A stretch of 64,000 bases of DNA, from positions 96,001-160,000 of the forward strand of contig CBDCCZ010000006.1 in the NCBI GenBank assembly GCA_965215005.1, read 5' to 3'. The notes below the pieces were generated by a model. That model made no database searches, was not told the DNA's origin, and saw only the letters and a program-made list of their open reading frames with translations. A program made the position numbers and the translations under genes. Every line of letters begins with the position of its first letter. Positions within the stretch are counted from its first letter, which is position 1. Source of the stretch: Kofleriaceae bacterium (GTDB taxonomy: Bacteria > Myxococcota_A > Polyangia > Haliangiales > Haliangiaceae). Shown one piece after another: positions 20,546 to 30,809 of this stretch.

Positions 20546-21610
20546 CTAATTCTTCTGCTTGCTCGAACGTTGGGTACCGAGGATCTCGCGGCGGCACGGC
20601 TCGATGAGCTCGGCCGTGACGCGGGCCCGATAGACGATGGGAGTGCGGTCGCGAAGCTGGCGCGCGATGCGAGCCGCTTCGACGCAGCGGCGGGCGGTGA
20701 GCGCAGCGCGCAGCGCTTGCAGCTGGGCCTCGCTCCAGCTGGCGTCTTCGTCGCCAGCTTCCTCGGCTTGCTCGCTGTACAAAGGCGCGGACGTGGCAAC
20801 GGGCGCAGCCGGCGCGGCCTCAGCAGACGACGTAACCGACCCAGACGCAGGCGCAGAATCGGTAGCCTCCGGTTTGGCGCTGCGCGCGGCTGCTCGCCGC
20901 TCGCGCTGAGCCCTTCCGGCGCCGGCCGCCTCGTCGGCCATCGCCGCCGCCTGCGGCTCGGCGGCTCGACGGCTCGGCGCTCCGCGGGGTTTCTGTGACT
21001 CTACCGCCGCCTTCTCGGTCCGCTCTTCGCGCTTGCCGATCGCTCGGTCAGCCGCAGCCGACGGCGCATCGTCACTTCCAGCCTCGAGGGCCGCCTCGAG
21101 CTCGAGCGCCATGGCCTCGTCGGCCAACCCTGCTGAGCGCGACAAATCACCGCCCACCACCGCCTCCCCTGCGGCGCTCGCACCGCCTCCCACGCTCTCG
21201 AGCGACGCAGGAGCTGCAGCGATGCGCGGCTCGGCGACTCGGTGCTCGCCGCGGATCAGCAGCGCGCCCGCGACCCCGGCGACGACCACCAAGGTGGCCA
21301 CGGCGGCGGCGGCAGGGTGTGCGGTGAGCGGAGCCAAGAAGTCGCGCATCCGCTCCCACCAAGAACCCGCTGCGGGGGTGCTGGGAGCTCGCTTGCCGGC
21401 TTCATGGAGCAGCCGCTGACTGAGCGCCGCAGGCGGCTCCAGCGCCGGCACTTTGTGCAGCTCCTCGCGGGCTTCGGCCATGCGGGCCAGAGCACCTCGA
21501 TCCTCAGGATGAGCCTCGAGGTGCCTCTCGAGCTCCGCCGACTCGACGTCGTCGAGCTCACCGTAGAGCCGGCCGACGAGGAGCGCGTCAATGGATTCGT
21601 TCTGCGACAT
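20546..21610 (-). CDS. Anti-sigma-factor-like membrane protein
   Basis: N-terminal LYGELD...LERHLEAHPED resembles a zf-HC2 anti-sigma domain without its Cys ligands; one TM (AAAAVATLVVVAGVAGALLI); Ala-rich extracytoplasmic tail. Confidence 0.65.
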   Translation of the reverse strand: MSQNESIDALLVGRLYGELDDVESAELERHLEAHPEDRGALARMAEAREELHKVPALEPPAALSQRLLHEAGKRAPSTPAAGSWWERMRDFLAPLTAHPAAAAVATLVVVAGVAGALLIRGEHRVAEPRIAAAPASLESVGGGASAAGEAVVGGDLSRSAGLADEAMALELEAALEAGSDDAPSAAADRAIGKREERTEKAAVESQKPRGAPSRRAAEPQAAAMADEAAGAGRAQRERRAAARSAKPEATDSAPASGSVTSSAEAAPAAPVATSAPLYSEQAEEAGDEDASWSEAQLQALRAALTARRCVEAARIARQLRDRTPIVYRARVTAELIEPCRREILGTQRSSKQKN

Positions 21611-21789
21611 GGCGAGCTCGGGGCATCTTAGCGTTGTTGGGCGCCGCCGGCGAATCCTTGCGCGGGACGGCTGCGCGGCGGGGCCTACAGCGTTGCACGC
21701 CCCAGCGGCGCGCTTGGTCTAACCCCGGCGAATTCAAACCCCGAAGCCCCGGCCTTGCCCGCCGACGAGCCTCGGCCGATGCTCCATTC

Positions 21790-22575
21790 ATGAGTGTTTT
21801 TCGACCCGACATCCTCGCTGGCCACGTCGCGCTCATCACCGGTGGCGGCAGCGGCATCTGCAAAGGCATCGCGCATGCTTTCGCCGCCCATGGCGCCAAC
21901 GTCTGCATCACCAGCCGTAAGCAGGAGGCGCTCGATGCTGCCGCCGCCGAGATCGCCGCCGCGACGGGTGGCCAGGTGTTAGCGGTGGCCGCCGACGTTC
22001 GTGAGCTCGAAGCTCTGCAGAACGTGGCGGCGAAAACCATCGAGCGCTTTGGCCGCCTCGATACCTTGGTCAATGGCGCGGCTGGCAACTTCTTGGCGCC
22101 GGCGGCAGCACTTTCCTCCAATGCTTTCAAGACGGTCGTAGACATCGACCTCATCGGCACGTTTCACGGGTGCAAAGCAGCGTTCGAAGCGCTGCAAGCC
22201 AGCGGCGACGCGCTGATTCTCAACATCAGTGCCACCCTGCACTACCACGGCACGCCATTGCAGCTGCATCCCTCCGCCGCCAAGGCAGGCGTCGACGCGC
22301 TCACGAAGAACCTGGCCGTCGAGTGGGGGCCGATGGGCATCCGCGTCAATGGGATCGCGCCGGGGCCGATCGGCGACACCGAGGGGATGCGTCGGCTCGC
22401 CCCGGGCGAGGTTGGCGACAAGCTGCGAAAGCACATTCCGCTCGGTCGCCTGGGCCGCATCGATGAGATTGCACAAGCCGCGGTTTACTTGCGCTCGGCC
22501 GCCGCGAGCTACATCACCGGTGCGGTTTTGGTCGTTGATGGTGGCCAGTGCATCGCGGCGCCGTCATTCATGTAG
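21790..22575 (+). CDS. SDR oxidoreductase, 2,4-dienoyl-CoA reductase-like
   Basis: ITGGGSGI, NGAAGNF, NAFKTVVDIDLIGTF, SAAKAGVDALT, IAPGPI. Start at MSVFRPD. Confidence 0.88.
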   Translation: MSVFRPDILAGHVALITGGGSGICKGIAHAFAAHGANVCITSRKQEALDAAAAEIAAATGGQVLAVAADVRELEALQNVAAKTIERFGRLDTLVNGAAGNFLAPAAALSSNAFKTVVDIDLIGTFHGCKAAFEALQASGDALILNISATLHYHGTPLQLHPSAAKAGVDALTKNLAVEWGPMGIRVNGIAPGPIGDTEGMRRLAPGEVGDKLRKHIPLGRLGRIDEIAQAAVYLRSAAASYITGAVLVVDGGQCIAAPSFM

Positions 22576-22589
22576 CTTGAGAAACAGCA

Positions 22590-23852
22590 TCAGGACATCC
22601 GCACCCAGCGAATCAGCTCGCGCAGCGAGGGCCGCTTGCCATGCATGAGGATGCCCACGCGGTAGATGCGCGCCGCGAGCCACACCACTGCAACGGTTGC
22701 AACGAGCAACAGCGCGAGCGAGAGCACGACGTCGCCGGCGGTGGCGCCGCCCATGAGCCAACGCATCGGCATCAGCACCGGAGAGGAGAATGGGATGAGC
22801 GTGAGCAGCTCAGCGGAGCTCGAGCGTGGATCGTTGGCCACAATTTGCACGCAAAGCACCGGAATGAGCAAGAACAGCATCACCGGTGTCTGTGCCTGCT
22901 GCGCTTCCTGGTCGCTGTTGACCATCGCGCCAACGGCAGCATAGAGCGACGAGTAGAACGTATAGCCGGCAAAGAAGTAGGCAAGAATCACCGCCACGTC
23001 GACGACGCCGAGCGCGGGCAGGTCAAAGCCACCGCCGCTCACGCCAAACAATCCGAGAATGACGTCTTGATAGCGCACCAACACCGCGGCAATCAGCGCC
23101 CAAATGCCCAGCTGAAACAATCCCACAGCGCCGACGCCGACGATCTTGCCGAGCATCAGCGCGTGCGGCTTGATCGCGCTAACGAGGATCTCGACGACGC
23201 GGCTGGTTTTCTCCTGCACCACGCTGCGCAGAACGTTTACGCCGTACAGCAGAATCGCCATGTAGAGGATGAACATCACCACGTAGCCGGTGATGAACAG
23301 AGCAGCGCCAGAGGTAGCCTGGGCGCGGCCGGTGGTGTGGCGCGGGATGACGAGCACCGGCTCGAGCACCTTGCGCGCGACCGCTGCGGAAACGCCGGCG
23401 TGGGTGGCGCGCACGCGCTGCACCGCGAGCACGACCTGGCGCTCGAGGAGCGTCATGATCATGAGGCTCGTGGCGTTGTCGCCGCTATAGATGACGTTGG
23501 GGAAGTCGCTCGTTAGAAGATTCTCGGGCACGACGAGAAATCCATCGATCTCTTCGGACGCGATCTGCGCGAGCAAGTCCTTCTCCGGCGTCTCCGTGGC
23601 CACCAGCTCGGCGTGGATGCGGACCTCGGCGAGCGAGTCGATTAGCTCAACGCCAACTTGGCCGCTGCGATCGATGATGCGCACCTCGGTGGCGTCTTTG
23701 GCAGCATCGGCGGCAAGCAGAGCCGGCACGACGATGACGCCGACCATTCCAATCGGCCCAAGTATGGTGACGATGACAAACCAAATGGTGCGGACGCGCT
23801 CGCGAAATTCGCGCCGCGCGATCACCATCCAAGGAGCACGCCTGCCTGTCAT
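22590..23852 (-). CDS. ABC-2 type exporter permease (NatB-like)
   Basis: IARREFRERVRT, EKTSRVVEILVS, GKIVG, IPFSSPVLMPMR, ARIYRVGILMHGK. Confidence 0.9.
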   Translation of the reverse strand: MTGRRAPWMVIARREFRERVRTIWFVIVTILGPIGMVGVIVVPALLAADAAKDATEVRIIDRSGQVGVELIDSLAEVRIHAELVATETPEKDLLAQIASEEIDGFLVVPENLLTSDFPNVIYSGDNATSLMIMTLLERQVVLAVQRVRATHAGVSAAVARKVLEPVLVIPRHTTGRAQATSGAALFITGYVVMFILYMAILLYGVNVLRSVVQEKTSRVVEILVSAIKPHALMLGKIVGVGAVGLFQLGIWALIAAVLVRYQDVILGLFGVSGGGFDLPALGVVDVAVILAYFFAGYTFYSSLYAAVGAMVNSDQEAQQAQTPVMLFLLIPVLCVQIVANDPRSSSAELLTLIPFSSPVLMPMRWLMGGATAGDVVLSLALLLVATVAVVWLAARIYRVGILMHGKRPSLRELIRWVRMS

Positions 23853-23888
23853 CCGGGTCCTCTCGTTGCTCCGCAGCAAGCTTCGCAC

Positions 23889-24857
23889 TCAGCGCGCCGA
23901 CTTCACGGCGTGACGCGCTTTGTCGGAGCCGACTCTGTCGACGAAGATCTGGTGCAGGCTCGGCTCGACACGCTCGAAGCGACGCACCACCAACCCCTGC
24001 CGCACCAGCTCTTCGAGCACCGCCTGCGGACGGACCTCGGTTGCGAGCTCGAGCTCGTCATAGCCGTTTCGCGCCCGCAGCACCGCCACCAATCTGGGAT
24101 CGTCGAGCACCGTCTGTCGGGCTCGCGTCGCTTCGGCCTCGGTCTCGAAGGCAACCGCGAGCAGCCGCTCCCCCGCGGCCTCGCGCTTGACCTCGGCGAG
24201 CGCCCCTTCGACCACTTTGCGACCGCGCGCGATGATGCATACGTAGTCGCAGATCTTTTCAGCTTGCTCCATGAGGTGGGTCGAAAACAGCACCGTGCGG
24301 CCGAGGGCGCGTTGCTCGAGAACGATCTCCCGCAACACCTCGGCATTGATGGGATCGAGACCGCTCCAGGGCTCGTCGAGAATCACCAGCTCGGGCTCGT
24401 GGATCAGCGCGGAGGCAAACTGCACCTTTTGCTGCATGCCTTTAGACAGGTCTTGCACCTTGTTGCGCGCCCAATCGTCCAGGCCTAGCTTGGTGAGCCA
24501 ATCGCCCGCGCGCCGCATGGCATCACGAGTGCCAATGCCCCGCAGCTCGGCGAAAAACGTCAACGTCTCACCTACACGCATCTTGGGATACAGGCCGCGC
24601 TCCTCGGGCAAATAGCCGATTCGCCGCGCCGCCTCGCGCCCCGGCGAAAGCCCTTCCAGCAGGGAAATATCGCCTTCATCCGGCGCCGCGATGTCATTGA
24701 TCATCCGCAGCGTGGTGCTCTTGCCGGCGCCGTTGGGACCTAGCACTCCATAGATGACGCCCGTCTTCACCTCGAATGACAGCGAGTCGACCGCCAGGTG
24801 ATCGCCGTAGCGCTTGGTGACGCCACGCAAGCGCAGGCTGTAGGGTTCATCGTCCAC
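23889..24857 (-). CDS. ABC transporter ATP-binding protein (NatA-like)
   Basis: GPNGAGKST, GYLPEERGLY, LSKGMQQK, ILDEP, STH. Confidence 0.93.
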   Translation of the reverse strand: MDDEPYSLRLRGVTKRYGDHLAVDSLSFEVKTGVIYGVLGPNGAGKSTTLRMINDIAAPDEGDISLLEGLSPGREAARRIGYLPEERGLYPKMRVGETLTFFAELRGIGTRDAMRRAGDWLTKLGLDDWARNKVQDLSKGMQQKVQFASALIHEPELVILDEPWSGLDPINAEVLREIVLEQRALGRTVLFSTHLMEQAEKICDYVCIIARGRKVVEGALAEVKREAAGERLLAVAFETEAEATRARQTVLDDPRLVAVLRARNGYDELELATEVRPQAVLEELVRQGLVVRRFERVEPSLHQIFVDRVGSDKARHAVKSAR

Positions 24858-24872
24858 GGCCAGCGGAGCTTA

Positions 24873-25850
24873 TCAGCTCGACGGGTCGGTTTTCGCGCCT
24901 CCGCCGAGGAGGTAGAGGATTGCCATCCGCACGGCCACCCCATAGGTGACCTGATCGAGAATGACCGAGCGATCGCCGTCGGCGATGTCGGGCATCATCT
25001 CCACGCCGCGATTGATAGGACCTGGGTGCATCACGATGGCGTCGGATTTGGCGTACTCGAGGGTGCGGGCCGAGAGCCCAAAGTAGCGCGCATACTCGCG
25101 AGTATTGGCAAAGCGCGAGGATTCGCCAGCCATACGCTCGTTTTGCACCCGCAGCATCATCACCACGTCGGCCCCTTCGAGCGCTGGCTCGAGCCGATGG
25201 TGCACCGTGACGCGCTCCCGGGTGGCCTCGCCGCCGATCCCCGCAATCCCCGCAGGAATCAGCGACAGGGGCGCGCAGAGGCGCACCCGCGCGCCGAGCT
25301 TAGTGAGCGCGTGAATGTTGGAGCGCGCGACGCGTGAGTGGTCGATATCGCCGACGATGGCGACTTCGAGGCCCTCGATCTGTCCTTTGTGGCGACGAAT
25401 CGTCGCGCAGTCCAGCAGCGCCTGAGTGGGATGCTCATGGGTTCCATCGCCGGCGTTGACCACAGCAGCGTCCAAATGCTTGGCAATGAGCGCGGGTCCA
25501 CCGGAGGCGCCTACCCGAATGACGACCACGTCGGGGTTCATCGCCATCAGGTTGCGAGCGGTGTCGAGAATGGTCTCGCCTTTGGAGGCCGAGGACCCCG
25601 AGCCGCTGATGTTGATGGTGTCTGCCGATAGCCGCTTACCAGCGATCTCGAACGAGGTGCGAGTGCGGGTGGAGTTCTCGAGGAACAGATTGATGATAGT
25701 GCGGCCGCGCAGCGTTGGAACCTTCTTGATCGAGCGCTCGCTGATCGCCAAGAACTGCTCCGAGAGCTCGAGAATCTGCAGCAGGTCGATCGGCTCGAGC
25801 GGCGCGATGGCGAGCAAATGACGATGCGGAAAGGCGCGCACTTCACTCAT
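24873..25850 (-). CDS. pyrB: Aspartate carbamoyltransferase catalytic subunit
   Basis: [46 protein letters not shown]. Confidence 0.96.
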   Translation of the reverse strand: MSEVRAFPHRHLLAIAPLEPIDLLQILELSEQFLAISERSIKKVPTLRGRTIINLFLENSTRTRTSFEIAGKRLSADTINISGSGSSASKGETILDTARNLMAMNPDVVVIRVGASGGPALIAKHLDAAVVNAGDGTHEHPTQALLDCATIRRHKGQIEGLEVAIVGDIDHSRVARSNIHALTKLGARVRLCAPLSLIPAGIAGIGGEATRERVTVHHRLEPALEGADVVMMLRVQNERMAGESSRFANTREYARYFGLSARTLEYAKSDAIVMHPGPINRGVEMMPDIADGDRSVILDQVTYGVAVRMAILYLLGGGAKTDPSS

Positions 25851-26470
25851 GGCTCTTCCCCTCGGATGCGCACCACGACGCTGTCATCGTGACCGAGCTC
25901 TCGCAGGAGCACCTTTACCGACTCCTGGGCTTCGGTATCGGCGCCCAAGCCGACATAATCGGGCCGAATGGGCAGCTCGCGGTGGCCGCGATCGACGAGC
26001 ACCGCCAGCTCGACCGCCTTGGGGCGACCGAAGTCGGTCAACGCATCGAGCGCGGCTCGCACGGTGCGGCCGGTGTAGAGAACATCGTCGACCAACACCA
26101 CGCGGGTTCCCTCGAGCGCGAACGGCAACTCGGTGGGCCCGATTTCTGGCCTGGGCAATCCCTCGAAGACGTCGTCGCGGTAGAGCGTGATGTCGACGGC
26201 TCCCAGCGGCGGCGCCTGGCCCTCGATGGACTCGATGAGCGCCCGCAGGCGCTCGGCCAGGTGCAGCCCGCCGGTGCGGATCCCGACCAGCGCGACGCCG
26301 GCGACACCGCGGTGCCGCTCGACGATCTCATGAGCAATTCGACGGAGCATGCGCGCAATCGCGCTGTCGTCGGCGAGCACGCGCCGGACCACGAGGGCTT
26401 CGTCTCGCGCGGCGGGCGGTTTGTTGGCGGCCACGGCTCCCTGCCTAGCGAAACCCGCGGCCGCGGTCAA
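25847..26470 (-). CDS. pyrR: Pyrimidine regulatory protein / uracil phosphoribosyltransferase (start uncertain)
   Basis: [51 protein letters not shown]. Confidence 0.93.
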   Translation of the reverse strand: MTAAAGFARQGAVAANKPPAARDEALVVRRVLADDSAIARMLRRIAHEIVERHRGVAGVALVGIRTGGLHLAERLRALIESIEGQAPPLGAVDITLYRDDVFEGLPRPEIGPTELPFALEGTRVVLVDDVLYTGRTVRAALDALTDFGRPKAVELAVLVDRGHRELPIRPDYVGLGADTEAQESVKVLLRELGHDDSVVVRIRGEEP

Positions 26471-26522
26471 GCGACTCGTGGTCGTTCGCGCCGGCAGGCG
26501 GTGCAGCAGTGGGGTATCTTAG

Positions 26523-27392
26523 GTGCGGGTGAATCCTTCGGAGCGACTGGGAGCGGTCCTCGACGGCCGATACAAGCTGGTGCGGCTCATCGGACGCGGC
26601 GCGATGGCCGATGTCTATAAGGCCTTCGACCGGCTCACGGGTCGTGAGGTGGCGGTGAAAATCCTGCGGTTGTCGTTGGCGCGCGACACCGAAGCGGTGC
26701 AGCGGTTTCAACGTGAGGCGCGAGTACAGGAGATGGTGTCGCACCGCAACGTCGCTGCGTTGCACGGCGGCGGCGTGACTCCGGCACGAGAGCCGTACCT
26801 GGTGGTAGAGCTGCTGGTCGGACGGTCGCTGCGCACCGTGGTCAAAGGCGAGGGGCCGGTGGCGGTGGAGCGCGCCGCTAGCTACGCCTGGCAGGCACTG
26901 CAGGGGCTAGCGGCGGTCCATACCATGGGCGTGCTCCATCGCGATCTCAAGCCCGCCAATTTGATGCTCGAGCCCTCCGAGGGGCCGGTCGAACGGGTGG
27001 TGCTCATCGACTTTGGCTTTGCGGCGCTACACGGCGGCTCGCGACTCACCGCGCAAGGGCACGTGGTGGGCAGCTTGTCGTACTTGAGCCCGGAGCGCCT
27101 CACCGGAGAGAGTGGCGACGAGCGCTCCGACCTCTACGCGATGGGCGTGATCTTCTATGAGCTGGTAGTCGGCGCGCCGCCGTTCGATGCCACCGACGAC
27201 TACGAGCTCATCAACGCGCACCTGCAAACGCCGCCGGTGGCGCCGCGCGCTGCCAATCCCGCCGCGCGCATACCCGAGGCGGTGGAAACGCTGATCTTGC
27301 GGGCGCTTGCCAAGCAACCCGCGCAGCGCCCCGCCAACGCCAGCGCCATGGCTGCGGAGCTCGAACGCGCGATGATTGGCGTGGGGAGCTGA
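26523..27392 (+). CDS. Ser/Thr protein kinase (catalytic domain only)
   Basis: IGRGAMADVY, VAVK, HRDLKPAN, DFG, YLSPE. Confidence 0.92.
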   Translation: MRVNPSERLGAVLDGRYKLVRLIGRGAMADVYKAFDRLTGREVAVKILRLSLARDTEAVQRFQREARVQEMVSHRNVAALHGGGVTPAREPYLVVELLVGRSLRTVVKGEGPVAVERAASYAWQALQGLAAVHTMGVLHRDLKPANLMLEPSEGPVERVVLIDFGFAALHGGSRLTAQGHVVGSLSYLSPERLTGESGDERSDLYAMGVIFYELVVGAPPFDATDDYELINAHLQTPPVAPRAANPAARIPEAVETLILRALAKQPAQRPANASAMAAELERAMIGVGS

Positions 27393-27396
27393 GGAG

Positions 27397-28299
<903 letters not shown>

Positions 28300-28383
28300 G
28301 GTGGCGGCATCTTTGCCAACCCGCGGTGACGCAGTCAACTCGACCCCTGCGAATTGCCCCGCTGGCCGCCATGACGTAAGGCA

Positions 28384-29151
28384 TCAGCGGGTGAGCATCT
28401 CGCACTGGCCGCGCATGTCGATGAAGTCGGCCGCGAAGCTGGTTCCGCGATCTCCACCGCCGCTCCAATCGGCGCGCGCAACCAGCAGCACGTCGCCATC
28501 GAGCTCATACGCGACGATTTCCGCCGCGACGTAGGGATTGTCGTAGGGGTCGGCGAGGCCCAAGTCGACCCATTGGTCACCGCAGCGCAGCTCGATGCGA
28601 TCTTCTTCCACCGCGTCCTCGCCGGCGTCGCCAAAGGCAAAGCTGCCATCACCCTGGCGCTCGCGCCGCAGCGCCCCGCCGGCGAGCTCGATGGTGGCGC
28701 CCGGCGCCAAGACCGCGCCCTGCTCCGCGGGCAGAAGCGCAAACTCGTGGTCAACCAGCTGCTGACGCGCCGTCGCGAGCGCGCTGGCATCGATGCGCGC
28801 CACGTCGACCGCGCCTTCGCCGGGCGCATAGCCGTAAACCGATACCGATCGCCCCTCTTCTCCGACGAACAGCACAAAGTAATCGCCGCCGCCGATTCGC
28901 GACACGTCGGGACCAACGCAGGCGACGGTCTTGGCCGCAGGGGCGTAGGCAAAACATTCACCAGGTCCGAGCTCGCCTTGTGCCAAGGCCTGCAAGCGAG
29001 CATCGATGGCCGCCGGTAACCCATCGGCGGCAGGCGCTGACGTCGCTGGCGGACCTTCTCTTGGCGCGGTCGCCGGTTGCGCGGCAGGCGGACTCTGGGC
29101 GCACCCCGCCGCCGCCGCGAAAAAAATCATCAGCCCGGAAACGATGCGCAT
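28384..29151 (-). CDS. Hypothetical lipoprotein
   Basis: MRIVSGLMIFFAAAAGC lipobox followed by a Pro/Ala linker; no family recognised. Confidence 0.7.
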   Translation of the reverse strand: MRIVSGLMIFFAAAAGCAQSPPAAQPATAPREGPPATSAPAADGLPAAIDARLQALAQGELGPGECFAYAPAAKTVACVGPDVSRIGGGDYFVLFVGEEGRSVSVYGYAPGEGAVDVARIDASALATARQQLVDHEFALLPAEQGAVLAPGATIELAGGALRRERQGDGSFAFGDAGEDAVEEDRIELRCGDQWVDLGLADPYDNPYVAAEIVAYELDGDVLLVARADWSGGGDRGTSFAADFIDMRGQCEMLTR

Positions 29152-29363
29152 CGAATCGATTCTCGCCGTCCGCTGCGCACCTGTCGAGGTAGGCAAATGC
29201 CGCTGAGGAAGGACGTGGGCAGCGCTTTGCGGCCGAAACAGGCGGCGCGAAAGCCGCTCTCGTTGACACCGCATGAACTCGAATCGAGCACAGAACTGAA
29301 TTCAAATTCATGTTTTTTCATAAACGAAAACAGTTATTTACGTACACATCGGGCAACGATTTC

Positions 29364-29392
29364 TTGACTTTAACTGGTCGATTGACCAGTTT
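29364..29392 (+). promoter_or_regulatory. Putative TetR operator overlapping a sigma-70-like promoter
   Basis: Perfect inverted repeat AACTGGTC-gatt-GACCAGTT (29372-29391) just after TTGACT (29364-29369) and 7 nt before the tetR ATG. Confidence 0.7.
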
Positions 29393-29398
29393 GTCGCC

Positions 29399-30073
29399 AT
29401 GGCGAAAGCCCGCGCCAACCGCAGCCCCCGTGCTCGCGATCCCGAGAAGACCAAGGCCAAGATCCTTCGGGCTGCCACCGATCTGTTCACTCGCCTAGGG
29501 CTCAACGGCGCCAGCCTCGATGACATCTCGAAGAAGGCCGGCGTCAACCGCGGCCTCATCTACCACTATTTCAAAACCAAAGAGTCGCTGTTCGATCACG
29601 TGCTCGCGCGGCCGCTCGCGGCGTACGTGCAGACCCACCTCGAGTTCCTCCAGCACCGCGAGCTCGACTTGGTTGGGCTGCGCGAGTCGACCGCGAGCTT
29701 CTTTCACTTCCTCCGCGAGCACCCGGAGCTGGTGCGCCTGCTCGGCTGGACGCTCGCGATGCGCCGTCTGGCGATCGACGTAGCGCAGCTCGAGCTCACA
29801 CGGGTGCTATTTGCGCGCGCTGTGGAGCGCATCGAAGAAGCCCAGCGCAGCGGCGCGATCCGCCGCGAGCTCGATGCTCGTCACCTCCTGGTGACCATCA
29901 TCGACCTCTGCGTCGGCTGGCACTTGGGCAAGATTGAATGGGCGGAAAAGCTTTCGTGGACGCAACGCGATGCGCGCGAGCTCGATGACGAACGCCTCGC
30001 CGCCATTCTCGACGTGCTGGAAGCAGCGGTTCTGCCGCGACCCACACCGGCGAATACAGGAGAAGAGACATGA
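29399..30073 (+). CDS. TetR/AcrR family transcriptional regulator
   Basis: ILRAATDLF...ASLDDISKKAGVNRGLIYHYFKTKESLF HTH. Confidence 0.93.
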   Translation: MAKARANRSPRARDPEKTKAKILRAATDLFTRLGLNGASLDDISKKAGVNRGLIYHYFKTKESLFDHVLARPLAAYVQTHLEFLQHRELDLVGLRESTASFFHFLREHPELVRLLGWTLAMRRLAIDVAQLELTRVLFARAVERIEEAQRSGAIRRELDARHLLVTIIDLCVGWHLGKIEWAEKLSWTQRDARELDDERLAAILDVLEAAVLPRPTPANTGEET

Positions 30074-30711
30074 ATCGATGGCTCGCACTTTCCGTTGCGG
30101 TGCTTGCGGCCCTGGTAGGCTGCGCGACCGATGAGCCACCTGCGGGAGGCGACGTGTCGCTGCATGCGCGTCTGGCGACCCGCGCCTTCTTGACGCTGGA
30201 GCCCTCGAGCGCCGTTGGGCTCGCCGCGTATGACCTCGATGGGACGACTCTGGAGTGCGCGCAACCGGCGCTCACCGGCGGGCAGGCGATTCTGCGCAGC
30301 AGCGAGGAGCTGCTTCTGGTCGAAAAGCTTGAGATTGACCTCTCGGACGTGGTCATCACGCCTGCCGCGACCAGCGCGAGGCTCGCGCTCACCGACGTGA
30401 GGCTGCGCCTCGGCACTCAGCTCGTGATCGAGCCGACGTGGGCCGCGGACGGACATGCAGTGCGCGGCGGGGGCACCGCCGACGTGCTCCTAGACTGGGC
30501 GCTCGTGACGCCCGCGGGGCCATCACCACTCGCCACGCAGCGGCTCCGCGACGTCGAGCTCTACGTGGACGTAACCCGTGGCGACGACCACACGGTGACG
30601 GCCACCGTGACCGCTGAGGTCGCCGGTTTCGTTGACCGCGTCGAGGTTCATGACTTCCGCCTCGCCGTCAGCGCAACCTCCACCGAGGTCGCCGCGGTCG
30701 AAGTGCGTTAG
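30070..30711 (+). CDS. Hypothetical lipoprotein
   Basis: MNRWLALSVAVLAALVGC lipobox; ATGA overlap with tetR. Confidence 0.72.
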   Translation: MNRWLALSVAVLAALVGCATDEPPAGGDVSLHARLATRAFLTLEPSSAVGLAAYDLDGTTLECAQPALTGGQAILRSSEELLLVEKLEIDLSDVVITPAATSARLALTDVRLRLGTQLVIEPTWAADGHAVRGGGTADVLLDWALVTPAGPSPLATQRLRDVELYVDVTRGDDHTVTATVTAEVAGFVDRVEVHDFRLAVSATSTEVAAVEVR

Positions 30712-30809
30712 CCCCACGAAGGTCCTCGCCGCACCTACTGCATCACCCCTGGGCGCGGCGTTGCTATCATCAAGGATTGCCGCGCTCGGCCGATTGCTTG
30801 CTTGGACGC

